A model generated the notes under the pieces. It saw only the letters and a program-made list of their open reading frames with translations. It did no database searches and was not told the origin of the DNA. Source: the human T2T-CHM13v2.0 reference genome, Homo sapiens. From it: a stretch of 64,000 bases of DNA. Position numbers and translations under genes: made by a program. The stretch lies in NCBI GenBank assembly GCA_009914755.4, contig CP086569.2:23936001-24000000 (forward strand). Reading direction: 5' to 3'. This document shows, in pieces, positions 58,843 through 64,000 of this stretch; the stretch's first letter is position 1; the number at the start of each line of letters is the position of its first letter.

Positions 58843-59600
58843 AAAAAGAAAGAAAAAGAAAGAAAAAAAAAGGACACCGAAACTATTATATGTATTCCTA
58901 AACATTTTCAAAAACACATGAGAAATACAACATTGAAGTACTTATCCGGCTGTCTCCTTTTTCATTATAATAAAAGTAACAGAAAGGAAAACTTAAGTAC
59001 TTTATGTTTCTAGTCCATGACATTCTTGTTACTTTTATATTGGAAACTTCACCTTTCTCCAAATTTTCGGGAGTTGGCAACGTGGAAACCTCAAAGATAC
59101 TACCTCTTTCAGTTTCTTACCATAGATGTAATTATGGGTCATAGATATACTTGTATCTATGAAAAGAGATCCAGAGCATTACTATCTTCAAACAGCCAGC
59201 TAAAATGAAAATGTAATTGGGATTCTGTGCTCTGAAAAGTGCAGCATAAATTTATTTCACTCTATCTCCCTAAGAAAATTCATGAAAGTCAGTTTGGATG
59301 TTTCATTCAGCTATTTCACAGTAAAGATGAAAACTGCATCCAGAAATAAAGAAGAGAACACCACATCTCAGAAATCTCTTCTACAGAAAAGTTATTGCCA
59401 AGTATATTCCTCTCAAAATACTACTTCATTACTTCTAAATAAGACAGAGGTCTTCATTCTACACTACTTCTACGTGTTTCCTTAAATTTTAGGTACACTT
59501 CACTAATTTAAAATGACCAGCTATTCAGGAAATTTGTATAAACAAGTTGAATGCCTCAATAATACCTGAAAGTAAATCATTTTACTCCTTCTTACATTAC

Positions 59601-59672
59601 CTGATAATTATATACAGGCAACTGATATCCAGCAGTGACCTGAAATGGTGAACTTGGATAAGCAGGAAATGG
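59601..59672 (-). CDS. DAZ: DAZ exon 7 copy. Encodes PFPAYPSSPFQVTAGYQLPVYNYQ
   Basis: 72 bp. Acceptor ctttcttttcag|CCATTTCC, donor TAATTATCAG|gtaatgtaag. Translation is visible in ORF 59592..59798. Confidence 0.85.
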
Positions 59673-61202
59673 CTGAAAAGAAAGGTTGCAGAAAAAAATG
59701 AATATGGTAAACCACTTTTTAAAATTACAAAGAAACATAATTCCCAATATAACAAAAATATTACAAAAGGTAAAATATCCTTTTTCTACGTACAACAATG
59801 CAGAATTCCAAATGAATGACTGACTTTATGAAGAAAGAAAGATTCTAGGTCAAGTGCTACACTATGGGTGTGAAGGGGGAACAAATGACAAAATTGACTA
59901 CTTCACCAAAGTTTACCTTATACTGTGTACTTATTCACACCCAGACGTTATTTCTTACACTGGTGGTAAGGCTCCATTAAGAGAGATTGCAAGGTAAGTT
60001 AAATTAATACATTTGCAATTTCTCTGTAAGAATATTTCTAGACTGTTTTGTATCAGACAATATTATAGGGTAATATGTAGTTCGACAGATGTTATGGCTT
60101 TGTCTGTACTTCATTACGAAAAACTAAGTGCAGTCTATGATCCAATACTGGAGAAGAGAAAGTATAATGTCTTACATGTTTCAATAAATTCTTATTGTTT
60201 GAAAACATACAGGTAGCAGCATACATGAATACACCCAGAATCAGTGATGCCTCACAGTAAATGACAGAAAAAAGTAGGACTTTTTTTCTAGCCATTGTTC
60301 AGAGAAGGAAAAAGAAGAGGTATACCATACAAGTTTCAAGTACATGGAAAATATCAACAAATTAGAGACACTGCAGAACTATTTCACTATTATTTTGTTA
60401 CTTCATTTTCCGTCAAAGAAAATGTCTTTAAAGCTAACACGTCAATAAAATGAACTAAGAAGAATATAAACGTTATTTATCAACAGTAGGTGACAGAGTA
60501 TGTCAAACCCTACTTTAAATATCAATGTAACCAGGATCAGAGAAATTAGATGCCAGAAGCTCACGGGGTTTACATATATATACTAAACCACATCAGAAAT
60601 CTACCCATTCCAGAACCAGGAAATATCCAGAAGTCAGCAATTTATATGAGGAGGCATCTGGAAATCATTTCAAATAAAGGATAGCTAGATGAACTGCTAA
60701 ACTTACCGAAGAATAAAGTAGGCAGACACATAAGGAGAGCTGCTTTCATTCACTTTAGGAACTGCTTATAAGGGGGAAAGCAGCTCCGGTGATTTGGAGG
60801 TAATACTCTCCTTTACTCCTATTCTTATTTAGGCGTCATTAACAGCAAAGCATTTCTGTTTCTCTTCTATAAATTTTCTACTGCTGGTAAAGCCAGAGGC
60901 ATATTCTATGCAGACACATGCTAATTCTAAAGTCACGTGAATACTCCCTTTCTTTGATTATATAGTCTATCATTATGTAGACCTGCCATTGCTTAAGCAC
61001 ATAAAAACCTGAGGACAAAAAAGGCACTGTTGCTGCCATGGGAGTTTATAATCGGGTTAACAAGAAGGAAACAACAACAAAAAAAACATTAACATAAAAA
61101 GTCACTTAAAAATATTTGTAGGCATATATGACATGGAAAAAAATCAAGAATGAACAGGAAGTCTATGTTTGGCTAATTCCCTTAACGTCAAGGACAACAT
61201 AA

Positions 61203-61237
61203 TCCCTTTGCTACCCAACAGGCCCCTAAGGTGGAAT
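61203..61237 (-). pseudogene. DAZ: Exon-8-like pseudo-exon (copy of 56423-56457, shift 4780)
   Basis: Same sequence with ATT and TAG. Confidence 0.6.
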
Positions 61238-61984
61238 CTTAAAAAATCAATCAATAAATAAAAGGAAACCAAAACTATTGAAGTATTGCTACACATTTTC
61301 AAAAACACATGAGAAACACAATATTAAAGTACTTATCCTGCTGTCTCCTTTTTTATTGTAATAAAAGTAACAGAAAGGAAAACTCAAATACTTTATGTTT
61401 CTAGTCCATGACATTCTTGTTACTTTTACATTGGAAACTTCAGCTCTCTCCACATTTTCGGGATTTCGCAATGTGGAAACCTCAAAGATACTAGCTCTTT
61501 CAGTTTATTACCATAGATATAATTATGGGTCACAGATACACTTGTATCTATGAAAAGAGATCCAGAGCATTACTATCTTCAAACAGCCAGCTAAAATGAA
61601 AATGTAATTGGGATTCTGTGCTCTGAAAAGTGCAGCATAATTTTATTTCAGTCTATCTCCCTAAGAAAATTCATGAAAGACACTTTGGACGTTTCATTTA
61701 GCTATTTGACAGTAAAGATGAAAACTACATCCAGAAATGAAGAAGAGAACACCAAATCTCAGAAATCTGTTCTACAGAAAAGTTATTGCCAAGTATATTC
61801 CTGTCAAAATACTACCTCATTATTCTAAATAACACAGAGGTCTTCATTCTACACTAAGTGTTTCCTTAAATTTTAGGTACAATTCACTAGTTTAAAATGA
61901 GCAACTATTCAGGAAATTTGTATGAACAAGTTAAAGGCCTCAATAATACCTAAAAGCAAATCATTTTACTCCCTCTGACATTAC

Positions 61985-62056
61985 CTGATAATTGTATACA
62001 GGGAACTGATATCCAGTGGCGACTTGAAATGGTGAATTTGGATAAGCAGGAAATGC
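61985..62056 (-). CDS. DAZ: DAZ exon 7 copy (unit 60798-63176). Encodes AFPAYPNSPFQVATGYQFPVYNYQ
   Basis: 72 bp, open in frame. Minus-strand acceptor ...ttcttttcag|GCATTTCC and donor CAATTATCAG|gtaatgt. Identical to the copy at 57205-57276. Confidence 0.85.
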
Positions 62057-63589
62057 CTGAAAAGAAAGGTTCCAGAAAAAAATGAATACGGTAAACCATT
62101 TTTTTAAAATTAGAAAGAAATATAATTCTGAATATAACAAAAATAGGTAAAATATTGTTTTTCTACATACAATAATGCAGAATTCTAAATGAATGACTGA
62201 CTTTATGAAGAAAGAAAGATTCTATGACAAGTGCTACACTTTGGGAGTGAAGGGGGAACTAATGACAAAAGAATTGACTATTTCACCAAAGTTTACCTTA
62301 TACTGTGTACTTATTCACACCCAGAAGTTATTTCTTACACTGGTGGTAAGGCTCCATTAAGAGAGATTGCAAGGTAAGTTAAATTAATACATTTGCTATT
62401 TCCCTGTCAGAATATTTCTAGACTGTTTTGTATCAGACAATATTATAGGACAATATATAGTCTGACAGATGTTATGGCTTTGTCTGTACTTCATTACGAA
62501 AAACTAAGTGCAGTCTATAATCCAATACTGGACAAGAGAAAGTATAATGTCTTATATGTTTCAAAAAATTTTTATTATCTGAAAACATACAGGTAGCAGC
62601 ATACATGAATACACCCAGATTCAGTAATCGCTCACAGTAAATGACAGAAACAAGTAAGGCTTTTTTTCTAGCCATTGTTCAGAGAAGGAAAAAGAAGAGG
62701 TATACCATACATGTTTCAAGTACATGGAAAATATCACGAAATTAGAGACAACCGCAGAACTATTTCACTATTATTTTGTTACTTCATTTTCCATCAAAGA
62801 AAATGTCTTTTAAGCTAACACATAAATAAAACGAACTAAGAAGAATATAAAGGTTAGTTATCAACATTAAGTGATGGAGTATGTCAAACCCTACTTTAAA
62901 TATCAGTGTAACCAGAATCAGAGAAATTAGACGCCAGAAGCTCACGGGGTTTATATATATACTAAACCACATCAGAAATCTACCCATTCCAGAAGAAGAA
63001 TATTTCCAGAAGTCAGCAATTTATATGAGGAGGCATCCGGAAATCATTTCAAATAAAGAATAGCTAGATGAACTGCTAAACTTACCAAAGAATAAAGTAG
63101 GCAGACACATAAGGGGAGCTGCTTTCATTCACTTTAGGAACTGGTTATAAGGGGGAAAGCAGCTCCGGTGATTTGGCGGTAATACTCTCGTTTACTCCTA
63201 TTCTCATTTAAGCGTCATTAACAGCAAAGCATTTCTGTTTCTCTTCTATAAATATTCTATTGCTGGTAAAGCCAGAGGCAGATTCTATGCAGATACATGC
63301 TAATTGTAAAGTCACATGAACACTACCTTTCTTTGATTATATAGTCTGTCATTATATGGACCTGCCATTGCTTAACCACATAAAAACCTGAGGGCAAAAA
63401 AGGCACTCTTGCTCCCATGGGAGTTTATAATCGGGTTAACAAGAAAGTAACAACAACAAAAAAATTAATATAAAGAATCACTTAAAAATATTTATAGGCA
63501 TATATGACATGGAAAAAAATCAAGAATGAACAGGAAATCTATGTTTGGCTAATTCACTTAACGTCAAGGACAACATAATCCTTTGCTCC

Positions 63590-63622
63590 CCAACAGGACC
63601 TTATGGTGGCATCTTAAAAAAA
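63590..63622 (-). pseudogene. DAZ: Exon-8-like pseudo-exon (copy of 58810-58842, shift 4780)
   Basis: Plus strand reads cctttgctccccaacaggaccttatggtggcat. Confidence 0.6.
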
Positions 63623-64000
63623 AAAAAGAAAGAAAAAGAAAGAAAAAAAAAGGACACCGAAAGTATTATATGTATTCCTACACATTTTCAAAAACACATG
63701 AGAAATACAACATTGAAGTACTTATCCGGCTGTCTCCTTTTTCATTATAATAAAAGTAACAGAAAGGAAAACTTAAGTACTTTATGTTTCTAGTCCATGA
63801 CATTCTTGTTACTTTTATATTGGAAACTTCACCTTTCTCCAAATTTTCGGGAGTTGGCAAGGTGGAAACCTCAAAGATACTACCTCTTTCAGTTTCTTAC
63901 CATAGATGTAATTATGGGTCATAGATATACTTGTATCTATGAAAAGAGATCCAGAGCATTACTATCTTCAAACAGCCAGCTAAAATGAAAATGTAATTGG

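Overview
This is primate, almost certainly human, Y-chromosome DNA from the AZFc region. It holds the 3' half of a DAZ (Deleted in Azoospermia) gene on the minus strand. I cannot say which paralog (DAZ1-4) it is. The window is AT-rich, with no prokaryotic-type features and no novel system.

Positions ~36,700-64,000 (running off the window end) form a tandem array of ~2.38-kb units, the classic DAZ 2.4-kb repeat. Each unit carries a 72-bp exon 7 encoding a 24-aa Pro/Tyr/Gln-rich DAZ repeat (AFPAYPNSPVQVTTGYQLPVYNYQ and variants), flanked by consensus splice sites, and a degenerate exon-8-like pseudo-exon about 740 bp downstream. Exactly one exon 8 copy is intact (39504-39538, ATGCCACCGCAGTGCCCTGTTGGGGAGCAAAGGAG followed by gtaggt). 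It splices in frame to exon 10 (34833-34931), which in DAZ is read in a shifted frame and ends ...RNLWTEAYKWWYLVCLIQRRD-stop, the DAZ-specific C-terminus. A DAZL-type exon 9 remnant lies at ~36272-36385. I could not locate exon 11.

The array shows a higher-order structure: multi-unit blocks repeat at ~99.9% identity with periods of 4757 and 4780 bp. A 6.0-kb full-length but coding-dead L1PA2/3-like element (41933-47977, plus strand, antisense to DAZ) sits inside one unit. Its insertion coincides with loss of ~1.0 kb of that unit, including its exon 7, and there is no recognisable target-site duplication.

The 3' flank (1-36,600) is ordinary primate repeat landscape. It contains an old 5' truncated L1 (~600-5440) broken by two Alus and an MLT1 LTR, a ~6.2-kb older L1 (18030-24245) with an AluY-like insert and a 130-bp (TAC)n tract, several L1M 3' ends, eleven Alu copies or fragments, a MADE1-like palindrome and simple repeats. 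Nearly all ORFs in the six-frame track are repeat-derived or chance.
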